Positions 38,403 to 52,475 of a DNA stretch of 64,000 nucleotides are shown in pieces; the first letter of the stretch is position 1, and every line of letters starts with the position of its first letter. The notes below the pieces were generated by a model, which worked only from the letters and a program-made list of their open reading frames with translations, had not been told where the DNA came from and did no database searches. The DNA is taken from NCBI GenBank assembly GCA_951406725.2, contig OX597815.1, forward strand, positions 158,844,001 through 158,908,000, given 5' to 3'. The position numbers and the translations under genes are program-made. This DNA comes from Octopus vulgaris. Taxonomy: Eukaryota.

Positions 38403-38567
38403 GGCACAGGTGTGGCTGTGTGGCAAGAAGCTTGCTTCACAACCACATGGTTCTGGATTCAGTCCCGGTGTGTGGAACTTTGGGCAAATGTCTTCTACTA
38501 TAGCCTTGATACAACTGAATCCTTGTGAGTGGATTTGGTATATGGAAACTGAAAAAAGTTTCATGTA

Positions 38568-38613
<46 letters not shown>

Positions 38614-38840
38614 TATATATATCTACGTGTGTGTGTGTATTTGTTGTCCCCCCACGCCACTGCCTAACAACTGGTGTTGGTGAGTTTACATTCCCATAAC
38701 TTAATGGTTTGGCAAAAGACACTGATAGAATATGTATCAAGCATTAAAAAAAAGTCCTGGGTGTCAAATCATCTGACTAAAAATTCTTCAAAGGGCTACT
38801 CCAGCATGGCTACAGTCTAATGACTGAAACAAGTAAAAGA
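38403..38840 (+). mobile_element. SINE family A
   Basis: Head, microsatellite and tail. Confidence 0.85.
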
Positions 38841-39841
38841 TTAAAAAAAAAATATATATATATGTACACACACACAGATAGTGATATAGTGCATGAATAA
38901 ATTGATTAAATATTGTATTAATTAGATGAGTAATTAATTTTGTTTCATCCATTCCTGTAATACAACGTTTAGTGTAAAAATAGATAATCATAAGATACTG
39001 GCTTCTCTACACGAAGTGTTGTGAGTTTCTATTTCCCTACTAACATTATAGTGTTGTGTTAATAATTGAACACACTTTTACCTGACAATGAAACAGGTAA
39101 GATAAGGGAGATAACAACCTGCTACAATAAGTACTGAACAGACTTGAAATTGGAATACAGTAAAAATTAATCAGACTTAAAATCTATGATGTTCTAGCTG
39201 TAAAAATCCCCACTCAACCTTTTGTTTTCTTTTCTCAGAAGTTGTGTAGCTCATATGTTCTTCTTCCTTGTATGTGTGACTTAAGAAATATTTGGCTGCT
39301 ATTTCTAACATGTCAAGTGAATGAGGAAGCTCCCATCTGCTCAGTGATACAGCTGGTAATCTGTTAATCCCCAAAATTTTTTCCAGTGAAAGAAGCACCA
39401 GAAATGGAAAATTTCTGAAAGCACTCAAACACATTTTAAGAGAAGAGAAATGGTTTTTAAGATAGAATGTGATGTTTGAAAAGAGCTGAAGTAACCTGTA
39501 GCTGACAAACTGAAGTAAAAGTAGAACTGAAGAATTTGTTTTTGAAAAATGCATGAAGTTTTCAAAATGAAACTGGTAGGTGGAAACTATGCAGAAGTCT
39601 TTCATGTGTGTGTGTGTGTGTTTGTTGTCCCCACTCCGCCTCATAAACCAACTGCTTGACAAATGGTGTTGGTTTGTGTAGATCATGATAGCTTAGCAGT
39701 TTGGCAATAGAGACTGATAGAATAATTGCTGGACTTAAAAAAGTTAAGTACTGTGGTTGATTTGTTTGACCAAAACCCTTTAGGGCAGCATCTCAGTAAG
39801 GGTGCAGTTCAGTGATTGAAATAAATAAACGATAAAAGAAG

Positions 39842-40118
39842 ATACCATGAGAAACTTCTCATCTGATCACTAATGTTAAACAACATTTGGGTTTAGATTT
39901 AGATGAGGGACTGTTTGAGAGGGCTTGGTACTGTAAACACTTCCCAGTTGCAGTGTGTAAATCCTAGTTTTTAGAATAAATACACTGTCTCCTTGTGTTT
40001 GAAGAGGTGACTAAAATTGTTGGCATCAGAAGGGGCAGCCAGCTGTAAAACACAGGTTGCAAAGAGTTTAGTCCAATCCTTACCAACATGGAAAAATGAA
40101 CAAAAAAAGAAAAAAAAA
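39842..40118 (+). mobile_element. Decayed 5S-rRNA-headed SINE (SINE3-like) with RTE-like tail
   Basis: 39855-39938 (ttctcatctgatcactaatgttaaacaacatt...tttagatgagggactgtttgagagggcttggtactgtaaac) is collinear with the 3' two-thirds of 5S rRNA. It is followed by ttggcatcagaaggggcagccagctgtaaaac, ccaacatggaaaaatgaac and an A-rich tail. Confidence 0.6.
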
Positions 40119-41825
40119 CCCCACAATGCGGAGGAAGATTGAAAATGTTTGGAATAAATAGTAATTTTTCACATTTTCCTTAAAGTAGTTATAAGGGTGT
40201 TTTTACTTATTGAAAAGTACAGTGAAAAGTAAAATGGAACTGACAGTAAAAGAGGAGTTAGAATAACTTCTGCCAACTTTTTCTTTTTTTCTTTCTCTGA
40301 TAAGGTTGCAGTGTGAATATATCTAAGCTTGAGCAGCCTTTCCTAACCTGTCTATCTCAAAATATAGACTAATAGAATAGAGTGCTTTTGCTAAAAGGGC
40401 TTTTATTTACTAAAATTAGACAACCCCAAATGATATGTCATTTGTAATTATACAACCACAGAATATTTCAAGTAAACAGAAGGCAAAAATCTGAAGCCCG
40501 AATCTCTCTCCATACAGCAACTTCATCTAAGTAATTTCCATGACAACATTTTTCTGATAGGTATGCCATTAAAACTGTAATCTAACAACTATTTTTATTT
40601 CATTGGACTGCATTCCCTAATGAAACATCCTCTTCAGATATTTAGCATTACAACTCTACGCAATCTATGCTCACATCTACTTTTAACATAATTCAATTTG
40701 ATAGAGAGGTTTCGTACTAAATGATGCTCCAGAAACAAAGGGAGCACAGAAAATTACAATCAGAAGAGTCATCTAGTTATTACTTATCATAGTTTTACGA
40801 TATGATCTTGTCCTAAGGTTAAATAAGATATTAAAATAGAAGTTCCATTTGCTAAGTTCTATTTCCAAACAGAAAAGCAGCATTTGATTTACATTTCTCA
40901 ATCTACCACCTATCTTAATGGCATACTTATAAAAGGTGAGTTATGATCCATATAAAATGAACAAACTATAGAAACAATAATATAAGCTAATGTGGAAGTT
41001 TCAATGTGGTCACTGAAGCTCTGAGAAATAGTAGTCAAATCATCCTCAAATTACACAGAACCATCTTGAAAAGTAGAGGACAAAATAAATAATGAAGTCC
41101 TAGGTACATGATACCTGAGTAAAAGTATGGGTTGGTCATTGTTAGAAATCATTGCTTTAATGTCCCATGCACTACTTTACCCATGCACACACACAGAGGT
41201 TGGATGGAATTTGTTAAGACAGATTTTCTGTGGATGCCCTTCCTGTCACCAACCACCACCTGTTTCTAAGGTAACATTTCCCCATAGTTGGAAATGCTTT
41301 TTACACTGAAGATTGGAAATGAAGGACACCACTTGTATGACAGTGACACTTTTTTACAACAGTCATGCAATGTCAAAACAAGGAGACCACCATCACACAC
41401 ACAGTTTCTTTCAGTTTCTGTTTACCAAATCCAAATCCACACACAAGGCCATTGTTGGTCCAGGGCTACATTGGAAGACACTTGTTCAAGGTGCAATTAA
41501 AATGTCTTTGATAGAGGATCTGTTGATCAGAGTTGATTTCAGAGCCAAACAATTACAACAACAACTATACCAACCACAAGTTCTGATGTTTGTGAGTACA
41601 AAAGTAATTGATCAGTTCAGAATGTGGCATCAGATACTCCTCGAAAGGTCTACGCACATACGGAAACATAGATTAATGATACAAGAAAAATTTCGACACA
41701 ACACTGCAACAATCTTAAATAAGTGAAGGGAACAGCAGTTAAACTAAACTTACTACCTTCAAGAAGACAGTATAGTCATAACTGGAACACTTTTGATTGT
41801 AGGTTTGCAAATTCAGGATTGACCT

Positions 41826-41947
41826 GAAGAAGAAGAAGAAGAAGAAGAAGAAGAAGAAGAAGAAGAAGAAGAAGAAGAAGAAGAAGAAGAAGAAGGAGGA
41901 GGAGGAGGAGGAGGAGGAGGAGATGATGATGACAATGATGATGATTA
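41826..41947. repeat. (GAA)n(GGA)n(GAT)n microsatellite
   Basis: Directly visible. Confidence 0.95.
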
Positions 41948-42048
41948 TTGGTCAATTCTTAACAATTAGACTACAGAAAAATAAAAATGGTAAATTGTGT
42001 GCATTCCATTCTACAACTGAGCCTAAAATTGTCATAGGGCAACATTAA

Positions 42049-42240
42049 CCCTTTAGCATTCAGATTACTCTATCAAACGTAATGCTTATTCATTCACATT
42101 GTTTTGAATTAATCTTGCATTATCTTGGAACTTCAAGATTCCAAGGATGTAATTGTTTAGTTTTAAAATGACATTATAGAGATGGTGTGAGAGGCCAGGG
42201 CCAGTTGGTTTGAGCATAAAACAGATAGAATATATAGGAT
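42049..42240. mobile_element. piggyBac-type MITE, second family (right end eroded)
   Basis: TTAA-CCCTTTAGCATT start; collinear with 37164-37368. Confidence 0.7.
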
Positions 42241-44005
42241 TAAAGTTTACTAGTTTTTATTCTCTAAGTGTATAACTCCAGCTATTTATTATTAGTGTAG
42301 TATGTAATAATGTTTGGTATGATAAACTGTGATAGGGTAATAATTCTTAATAAATCCTTTTGTAGGCATCTAAATACAGCTCTAGTATATAACAATGTAA
42401 GCACATCTCAGAACTATATAACTTGTTACTCACTCCAGGAACTTTACAAAACAAAGCATCATGCAGGTAAATTGTTTCAAATTCTTGGCAAAGATACATT
42501 TAGAGAATTTGTAGCTGCTCTTCCAGCTGAGAATACATTTATTACATGCATTCACAGCCCTGCATTTCTCACATCACAAAACTCATTATCTATCCAGCTG
42601 CCTTTCTATTAGATTTCTTTTCAGTAATCAAAATTTAGAACTTAGATTTTGGCTGGTCAAAATACCATTCAATCAATATAAGATTCTTAATCATTGTTAC
42701 TGTACACAGGCAAAATAATAAATTAGTTTAGTGATGTAAATGGAGGATTCATTAAAAACTTTTTATTCTGTTCCTTCCCCTTTAACACTGGTTTCTGGTA
42801 ATATACTAACTTTTAAATTTCTCACATACCAAATCCTAAATTATGAACATGGCTAAGGCAAATGGTAGTAAAAAGATTTTACTGTAGTGCAACATAGGCA
42901 AGGAAATTCTACAGAAATATTGAAAGCTGAAGAAATATATATATAAATATATAAACATTGGCCAAAACAAAATTGAACGTAAACAAATTTTCTTGTATCT
43001 ACATTATAAGTGTTCTTATATTGCAAAAATTTGTTTTGAGTGCCTGAACATATTTTTTTGGTTCATGCACAATAAAATAGGTTTTTATTTTGTACCTGAA
43101 CAAAAAAAAGAAAAAACACACATTTGCATAGATTGATGAAATCACTGACAAAAGAAGAGATTATATTGCTAATCTGAGGGATTAGGTAGCAAACATTGAT
43201 AGAAAGAAGATACATGGTTGCAATATTTATGTAAATAAAGTCATTCCCGCATTTTATCTTAAAAGTTAAAGATTCTATCTGCCAAAGCTGTCTCACTTTC
43301 ATCATATTTCTATTTTCATAATAAACAGAAGACTTTCTAAAATGTAGGCCCTGATAGGTGTGTTTTTATGATTTAAAAAAAATTTTTCTTTTAAGATTAC
43401 AAGAAAAATTATTAATAGAATGTAAAATATGTTGCAAAATGTTTAGCTGAGAAAAGTATTCAAAAAAAAAAAAAAAAAAAAAAAAAAGCTATAACTGTTT
43501 CTGTTGGGGGACTGTGGGTGTAATCATTTAGTCTTCATTTATGTCAGTCATTTGAATGCGGCCATGATGGAGCACTGTCTTAAAGGGTTTTAGTCAAAGA
43601 AATCAACCCAAGGACTTATTCTTTGTAAGCCTAGTACTTAATCTGTCTCTTTTTGTCAAACTACTAAGATATGGATGACTTATTTTGCCTCTTTGTCTTC
43701 TCTCCTGGTGCTGTATGAATATTTGATGTGGTTTTAGTGCCAAGTTTTGACTGCTATATCTAGCATGATGGTATCTTTTAGATACCCTTAATTATAATTT
43801 TATAATAATTATTACCTATGAGGTTTTTATTCCCAAGCTAGCCACTTGATATGATTGGTATTTTAAATAACGATCTTATCCTTATTTATATAAATTTATA
43901 TATATACAAATATATATGCATAAAGATATATATACATATGGAGATATATATATATATATATACATATATATATACACATATACATATATATACATACACA
44001 CACAC

Positions 44006-44783
44006 ATCATCATCATCATCATCATCATTTAGCGTCCGTTTTCCATGCTAGCATGGGTTGGACGGTTCAACTGGGGTCTGGGGAGCCCGAAGGCTGCACC
44101 AGGCCAGTCAGATCTGGCAGTGTTTCTACAGCTGGATGCCCTTCCTAACGCCAACCACTCCGAGAGTGTAGTGGGTGATTTTATGTGCCACCGACACAGG
44201 TGCCAGACGAGGCTGGCAGACGGCCACGCTCGGATGGTGTTTTTATGTGCCACCGACACAGGTGCCAGATGAGGCTGGCGGACGGCCACGATCGGATGGT
44301 GTTTGTTACGTCCCCAAAGCACGGAGGCCAGTCTATGCGGTACTGGCTACGGCCACGTTCGGATGATTTTCTTGTGTGCCACCGGCACTGGTCCACAAAG
44401 ATACAAATTCCATTGATGTTCATCTATTTTGATTTGTTTTGATTTGATTTGATTTTCACTTGCCTCAACAGGTCTTCACAAGTGTCACAAGAAGGAAGGT
44501 ATGCACAGGTGGACTGACTACGTCCCAGGTAGGGGCCACGGGTTATGGCCTGACTAGTCTTGCCGGGTCTTCGGATGGTGTTTTTATGTGCCACCGACAC
44601 AGGTGCCAGATGAGGCTGGCGAACGGCCACGATCGGATGGTGTTTGTTGCGTGCCCACAGCACGGAGGCCAGTCGATGCGGTACTGGCTACGGCCACGTT
44701 CGGATGGTTTTCTTGTGTGCCACTGGCACTGGTACCACAAGATACAAATTCCATTGATGTTCATCTATTTTGATTTGATTTGA
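44006..44783 (-). mobile_element. RTE-tail retroposon with internal ~60-bp tandem units and a ~210-bp duplication
   Basis: On the plus strand: (CAT)n tail, gtccgttttccatgctagcatggg, ggatgcccttcctaacgccaacc, then repeats of ttttatgtgccaccgacacaggtgccaga. 44230-44445 recurs at 44571-44783. CpG-rich, so probably young. Confidence 0.8.
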
Positions 44784-45024
44784 TATATATATACATATAT
44801 ATACATACACACACACACATATATATATATACATATATATACATACACACACACATATATATATATATATACATACACACACATATATGTATACATATAT
44901 ATACATACACACACACACATGTATACATATATATACATACACACACACATATGTATACATATATATACACACACACACACATATGTATACATATATATAC
45001 ACACACATATGTATACATATATAT

Positions 45025-45055
<31 letters not shown>

Positions 45056-45149
45056 CACACACATATATATATATATATATATATCTACACACACACACAT
45101 ATATATATATACATACATAGACACATACATATATACATACACACACACA

Positions 45150-45460
45150 CATCATCATCATCATCGTTTAACGTCCGTTTTCCACGCTAGCACGGGTTGG
45201 ACGGGTTCGACCGGGGTCTGGGGAGCCAGGGGCTGCCCCAGGCTCCAGTCTGGTCTGGCAGTGTTTCTACAGCTGGATGCCCTTCCTAACGCCAACCACT
45301 CCGCGAGTGTAGTGGGTGCTTTTTATGTGCCACCTGCACAGGTGCCAGAGGGGTCTGGCATCGGCCACGGTCGGTTGGTGCTTTTTATGTGCCACCTGCA
45401 CAGAAGCCAATCGGGGCGGTGCTGGCATCGGCCACGTTCGGATGGTGCTTTTTATGTGGG
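45150..45460 (-). mobile_element. RTE-tail retroposon, second copy
   Basis: Same tail and tandem units as 44006. Older copies lie at about 14440, 55020 (opposite orientation), 55530 and 57085. Confidence 0.8.
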
Positions 45461-46203
45461 GGGTGCAGGAATATAGGGGAGCACCAGTGGGGAGGGGTGC
45501 TCGGAGAAACGATGACAGGTTCTAGACAAGTAGAACGTAGGATATCACGAGAGGGGTAATGTATGGTGAAATAGCGTATTGAAGAGGGGGTTCGAAGAGT
45601 AGACACCTATAATGGTGGTGGGAGAAACGACATCCGGTATAGATGGAGCAAAAATATAGATATCCGGTATTGGTGGTGGGGGTGGGTAGGGCGGGCGCGC
45701 CGCGAATACGCGAAGGTTGATAGAGGAGAGAGCGAAGACTTGGACGGGCAAAATTATCGCAGCACATAATAATAAAGGGATATTTAGGGGGGACGGTGGA
45801 GAAATAGAGAAATTATCGGCACATAATGATGAGTAATAAACCGATTAACAACTAGAGGTCAGACAATTTTGCATGAAAATATTACTGGTAGAGATACGGG
45901 ATGAATTAAAGTTCAAAGATTTCTTATCTTGGGATCACTTCGTTTACGGACAGACTCGGCAAAAGGAATTCGAAATCAAGATTGAGGCAGGTTACTAGCT
46001 TAAGAATGCATAGCCATGGAGAGGAGTAGGAAGAGGAGTCCAAACAATGTGAAAGAGGGGGAGAGAAGGAAAGAGAGAAAGTGGCCACCCCGCGAAGAAT
46101 CGGCGGCCATTTCGATCAACCCTGTAAGGGAGATCTTAAATATCTATAACGGTAACTAATGAATTATACAGAATATGCAAAACGAGGCGAGGCTGAAATA
46201 GAC

Positions 46204-46248
<45 letters not shown>

Positions 46249-46257
46249 TATATATAT

Positions 46258-46417
46258 AATGGTCTTCTTTCAGTTTCTGTCAACCAAATCCTGTCACAAG
46301 CTTTGGTCTGCCTGAGGCTATAATACAAGACACTTGCCCAAGTTGCCACACTGTGAGACGAACCTGGAATGATGTAGCTGGGAAGCAGGCTTTTTACCAC
46401 ACTGCCATGCCTCCACC
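46258..46417 (-). mobile_element. SINE family A, 5' half
   Basis: Reverse complement of the head. Confidence 0.8.
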
Positions 46418-47147
46418 TATTCATTGAGATATTTGAAATGACTCACCCATAAATATGCACCATTACAACAAACATATAAAACAGCTTGAATCAGGCAAGA
46501 AATTATCAATCAGGAAAGAAAATGAAATATGAGAACAAAAATAATAGGAAACGAAGGCATGAAAAATAAAATTGTGGTTACAGAAACAGAACAATAACAA
46601 GAAGGAACGGGATTGGGAGAAGGCAGAAGAAGTAATAATTGCTGAATGGAGAAGAAGAATATTGAAAATGAATTACAATAGCTAACTCAATATAAAGTCT
46701 TAGAATAAGGTTTACTCAGTTACAGTTTCTGAGTGAGATGATATATTTTAGTATAATTTAATGGAACAGAAATATAAAAGCTTCAACATTATATATTGCC
46801 AATTGACACTGATTTGGTTTCTTGGCTTCAGGGAGAATCTCTGTGTGTATAGATATGTCTTCCTGTATCATTTCCAGGGTAGAAATTTTAAATATGTCAT
46901 GGAAATCAATAGCATATATGATAACACTTCTATTACAATGTCTCGTTATTAAATAGACAAGAAATTTGTGTTGAGATTCATGAACATGCTCGTGCATGCG
47001 TGTGTATATTTATATATGAGTCTGTGTGTGTGTTGCTGAAAACTTGATGTTTAGGTGACTTTAATTTGTTACACCCATAAAAGTTTCCAGTTATTCATAG
47101 TTTAATTTTTTTTTCATTTTTTTCATTAAATCATCATCATCACTTAG

Positions 47148-47408
47148 GCTCAGGTGTGGCTGTGTGGTAAGAAGTTCACTTCGCAGTATGGATTCTTGAG
47201 CAAGTTTTATTTTACTACACCCTGTGTTGACTAAAAGCCTTGTGAGTAAATTTGGTAGATGGAAACTGAAAGAAACCCACTGTGTGTAAGCTTGTTTCCT
47301 AACTACATGGTTCTGGGTTCAGTCCCAATGGATGGCACTTTGGGCAAAGGACTTCTACCAAAGCCGTGTGAGTGGATCTGATAAACAGAAACTGAAAGAA
47401 GCCTGTCA

Positions 47409-47443
<35 letters not shown>

Positions 47444-47566
47444 GAGTGTGCCTTTGTATCTGTATTTGTTCCCCCACATCACCTGACAACCAATGTAGGT
47501 GTCCTTACATCCCTGTTACTTAGCAGTTCAGTTCAACAGACCAATAGAATAAATACTAGGCTTTAA
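47148..47566 (+). mobile_element. SINE family A with tandem heads
   Basis: Two successive head segments followed by a partial tail. Confidence 0.8.
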
Positions 47567-49339
47567 AATTATTATTATTGTTGTTGTTATTATTATTTAA
47601 AGCGGCGAGCTGGTAGAAATGTTAGCGTACCAGGCAAAATGATTAGTAGCATTTCATCCATCTTTACATTCTGAGTTCAAATTCTTTTCATCCTTTCAGG
47701 GTCGAATGTGAGTTGCCCCTTCTCCCAAAATTGCTGACCTTGTACCAAAATTTGAAATCATTATTATTATCAGAATTGTAAAGTACAAGACAAAATATCC
47801 AGTAGCATTAGATTGTGTAATGGAATTACATTCTTATTTTTAATACTACCAATGTCAGTCAACTCTGCCCTTCATCTTTCTGGAGACAATAAAGTACTAG
47901 CTAAGTACTGGGAGTGACTTAATCAACTATCTCTTTTTCCAAAAATGTACAGCTTTGTGTCAATATTAGTAACCATAAATCATTATTGTTATTATTATTT
48001 TAAATGTCACTCTTAATAATTATTAATTTCTTTTTAAGACACGACTGGAGTTGATTTTAAACATTTGTGATCCTAAAATATTGTTGGAGCAATTAATTTA
48101 ATTTTATTTAGTTTTTTTTTTTTATTGATAGGATAACTATTCTAACCACTAATCAATTTCCCAAATATTCCAAAAATGCTAAGTGCAACTTGTTAGTCAG
48201 GAAATCAAATGTATGCAGGAGTTATTTACCTTGCTTAGAAGTATAACGTAATAAGTTAACACGATATAATAAACAAACTTTGAAGATTAATAAGGAATTT
48301 GTAACTGATTAATAACTAATAAAATAGAGAAAATAACAACATTACTAAAACCTCTAAACTTTATAGTTCACATTAAATTCAGTAAATAACATGGTGTAAA
48401 ACATGTAAACATCTTCACGGTAAAAAAAGAACAGCGTATTTCACTAAAATGACCAGTAGATGAATGAATGAGGAACTTGATTGAATTCAGAAGGTAAAAT
48501 GTTATTCTGGTAGATTAATGTTATTCTAGTAGATTCTTGTCTGTATTTTTGAGATAAAAATCAATAAAGGTTGTGTCCAGAATCACAAACAATCTGAACA
48601 AACTCTTTCATGTTAGATGTCCAATTTTGAAGAATTTAGTCGCCAAATCATAATATGAATGAATGTATATAAATATATATGAAACACTTTGAAGTCCAGA
48701 CAGATTGACATATCTGTGTAGTTGATAGACACGAAATTTTTATACATTAAAGAGATTTGGAAAACAAGATTAAATAACAATCACATGAAATAAAGTTTCA
48801 TGAAGAGAGTATTATCCTTAAATACTTAAGGGCAAAAGTTGAATATTTTTCTCTGGACTGTTTGCCAAAACAGTCTTGAAATGATAAAAGCTTTTATCTA
48901 TATATCTAAATATTAAACTCAAACTTGAGATCTAAAAGAAAATTTGGGAACAAAATGTTTTCCAAAGAAAAAAACAACAGTCTAGCAGTGTAGGTACACA
49001 GAAAAAAACAGCAAGAATTGATATAAAATAACTATCTTTGTTGATAGGTGGTACCAAGAGAGAAAATTTATAGGTGATTAAGGAATGAACAGAATAAGAA
49101 TAGGATATGGCAATAAAAATGAATCACAATTATACATGGTGTCAAGTGAAAAACATGTATACATCATGTAAGAATGAACTTAAATTGGATTATTTTTTAA
49201 TATAATAAACATTGAATATATATAACATAAATGTCAAAGTGTTCCTTTTCACTAGCACCATTGCCATAAACTTTCAATGTACTTACTGTTACCCTACTCT
49301 TTTCTTGAAATGCCAAACACCAGAAGTAAACAATCTCCC

Positions 49340-50520
49340 CTCCTTCTCCAATATCCATGGAATTCCTTCCAATCTAGATGCTGCTCATCATCTCAGACCA
49401 AACATTGTATTCCTTCCTCTCTGAGATATCAATCTCTTAATCCCTATTTTTAATTCATCACAGTTGCCTAGGTTACACCCTCTCTTCTAACTTCACCTTG
49501 AAAGGCAGGCATCTGCACTTACATAGATACCACTCTGCCTGTTAGTCACCTCTGTCATTTGGATATCATAAATAATGACTTTCACTTACCTTGAATCAAA
49601 GTCTCCCACCTCTAAACACATCTGTAACTTCTATTCTTCCTAACTTCTTGACCCACCAGCATCTCTTAGATTACATCTCATCCAGCATTGAAAACATATA
49701 TCTTACTCTACCATTTTGTAGAATCATCATTCCCAGTCTCTTAAACATTCACAACTTCTCATAGCTCTCTCATTCATTCTTCACTGATGTCATGAACAGA
49801 AACCAAATTTATTGCAACCTTTCACTTTCTCCATCACCTTGTCTCATCAACTTACATTTTAGGGCAAAATTCACATACCACCAAACAGCCTTAATTTTTT
49901 TCTTAATTCCAAACTTAATCAATACTAAACTATATCTCTGCTCTCATCAAGTCAACTACTACTGCCTCATTGCAAATACTCAAGCCTTAAAGTTTCTCAA
50001 ACTATGGTACTTCAAGTCAGTCAAATAGTTGGAGTTTTGCTAGTTTGATACCAACCTATCCTTAGCAGCATATATGCTTCTTTCCTAACTCCAGAACAAC
50101 TAGGAGAGTAACTAAAATCATCCTTTGAAGTTTGTCTGCCTATGACTTGCACACAACAAAAATTCAATGTTCCAAGTGTTCCAAGGAGATTCACTTACAG
50201 TTTTGGTGAAGTTGTTCAAGCAAAAAAACAAACCAAAGCCTATAACATCTGGCAAAACTCATCCACACCCTACAATGGGGTGATGTTTACCCAACAATGC
50301 AACATTTGCAAGGCCATTATCCAACCCATGAATGCTTCAAGCATCTTGTAGCTCTCAAGCTATCCCACACATCAAACTGCAGCTGATCCCTTTGGTTCCT
50401 TGACAAAATGATGTCCACCAACTTTTTAGGACACTCTTCTCCTCAGTTCACTACACTGATGAGCAGTATCGCTGCAGAGAAACCCTCCACATTTGTCACT
50501 TAGTTTACAGCCAACTCTTC
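49340..50520 (+). pseudogene. Decayed LINE ORF2 endonuclease region (CR1/Jockey-group-like)
   Basis: FSNIHGIPSNLDAAHHLRPNIVFL..SE resembles the APE-endonuclease start (FxNIRGLxSNLxxVxHHL..PxLLFLxET). The C-rich composition differs from the flanks, and there are many stops. Confidence 0.55.
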
Positions 50521-51567
50521 CTGATTGACAGATTTATTTGTTAAGGAAAGGGAAAGAAATGAATTTCAAAAGTAAGTATATTGAAAAAGCTAGCATTGAA
50601 AATACAAAAGAATACAAATTACCATTTCTAAGAATGAAGGAATGACAATTAGCATTTCATCAGTTTTGGTCTAAACAAGATTTAAAAAAAATTTAAACAA
50701 AGTGGTCCATAGACGTCAGCAGACGTAGAAACAAGGGAAGATAAGTGAGTGAATAAAATATTGGACTATCCATTTGCTCACAGGTTATGAAGATGTAAAT
50801 TGAAAGGGTTTTGATAGGTTTCTTTATTCAATTGGCCTCAATTCACATAATTCTGAAGAGTAGGCTTAGAAAACAAAACAAATATCTCATTTGTATGATT
50901 AATACAAAACAAATGAGGTACAAAATGAACCCTTTTAATTTTGTGCTTTATGAAATAAAAAAATAAAATTATAATGCAGCAGCAAAGTCTAAAATTGTCA
51001 GTCAGTATGATAATGGCTTTGAATTCTCTGGGACATTTTCCCTTTTTAATTTTCCAGAAAGAGTTATGATATAATTACCAGGTGTCATTGCCGGCAATTC
51101 CAGGAAAGCTCTCTCTACAAGATATCCAGCATTCCAAAGGAGAGTTTCTGCTTTCACTCCCAGTCACACCCTTCGCTCAATTTGAATTTGGCTTTTGTTA
51201 TGGTTTCCAGCACCAAGAACACTTCATATAAACAATGGCATTCCTAATATTATTTAGGCAGAGGTGTATAAATGTCTAATAGTATATTAGACATTATATA
51301 TATGCAGATGTCACATTTTGTTAACTCTTTGGAGAAGGAGTCTCATTTGGAGTTTCGGTGCCAAGAAGACAGAGCCCTTATCACAAACCTTAAAGAGGAT
51401 ATGTACTTATTTAGAAAAAAAAATTATAAAAAATAAAGCAATTACTTTACATATATACAACTATAAATATATATTCTTGTAGGAAATTGAATGAACTAAT
51501 ACAATCTTCTTTGTCATTTGACTTTTTGGCTAATAGATTTGGCCCTGTCATCTCCTAATGGTTAATG

Positions 51568-51775
51568 TGGTGAGCTGGTAGAATCATTAGCACACTGGGC
51601 GAAATGTTTAGAAGTATTTTGTCTGTTTTTACATTCTGAGGTTAAATTCCACCGAGGTCAACTTTACCTTTCATACTCTCAAGGTCGATTAAAGAAGTAC
51701 CAGCTGAATACTGATGTCAATTTAATCGATTAAGCCTTCTCCAAACTTGCTAGCCTTATGCCAAAATTTGAAATC
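51568..51775 (+). mobile_element. SINE family B
   Basis: Full motif chain. Confidence 0.85.
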
Positions 51776-52126
51776 ACTATACTGTTAAATTCACTTCTTT
51801 TCAATTTGTATGATCTTAGATCTTCCAACACCTAAACACCTCAGTCAAAACTTGCACTGCTTCCACGACAGCTTGCTTACCAAGCACATGGTTCCGAGTT
51901 CAGTCCCACTATGTGACACCTTGGGCAAGTGTCTTCCACTATAGCCTCAGGCTGACCAAAGCCTTGAGAGTAGATTTAGTCGGCGGAATTTGTTTTTGAA
52001 AATGCATCTGCATTTCAAAATTATCACATTCTCATTCGGCAGATAGTTGTGATGAATACTCTACCTTTGGTATTCAAGTAATGTTTTTTCCACCTCATTT
52101 TGCACTTCTGTGCTCACCTGTGCGTG

Positions 52127-52173
<47 letters not shown>

Positions 52174-52475
52174 GTACACACACACACACACACACGTGCA
52201 TGTACTATTTATAAAAAAGGGTATTTTGAAATTTTAACCATTTTATTTACTATATTTCTGAGGCTGAGAAATACAGTTTTTGTTTTAATTAATTTTGAAA
52301 AGAACGAAGAATTTGGTAATAACTATATCACTATTAAGCTGATGTTTGAAACAAATTAACAAGAAATTTTCAAGGAAGGTTTTCTATCATATCAGTTTAA
52401 AACAGGAAGTTTGTATCAGGGGACTGGAGGCAGTCTCAGACAAGTTGGTATTAAATTGATTTAAAAGATCATATA

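Noticed and set aside
39177-39686. 169-aa ORF
   Set aside because: Starts in a SINE and runs through other repeat fragments; no domain signal.
39842-39938. Functional 5S rRNA gene
   Set aside because: Heavily diverged, 5' part eroded, no T-run terminator; treated as a SINE head.
44175-44760. CRISPR-like repeat array
   Set aside because: Units are contiguous tandem repeats without unique spacers; eukaryotic context and no cas genes.
46080-46145. HDV-like or hammerhead ribozyme in the paired hairpins
   Set aside because: Only 12 nt between the P1-like strands, too few for P2/P3; the minus strand has GAAA but no CUGANGA.
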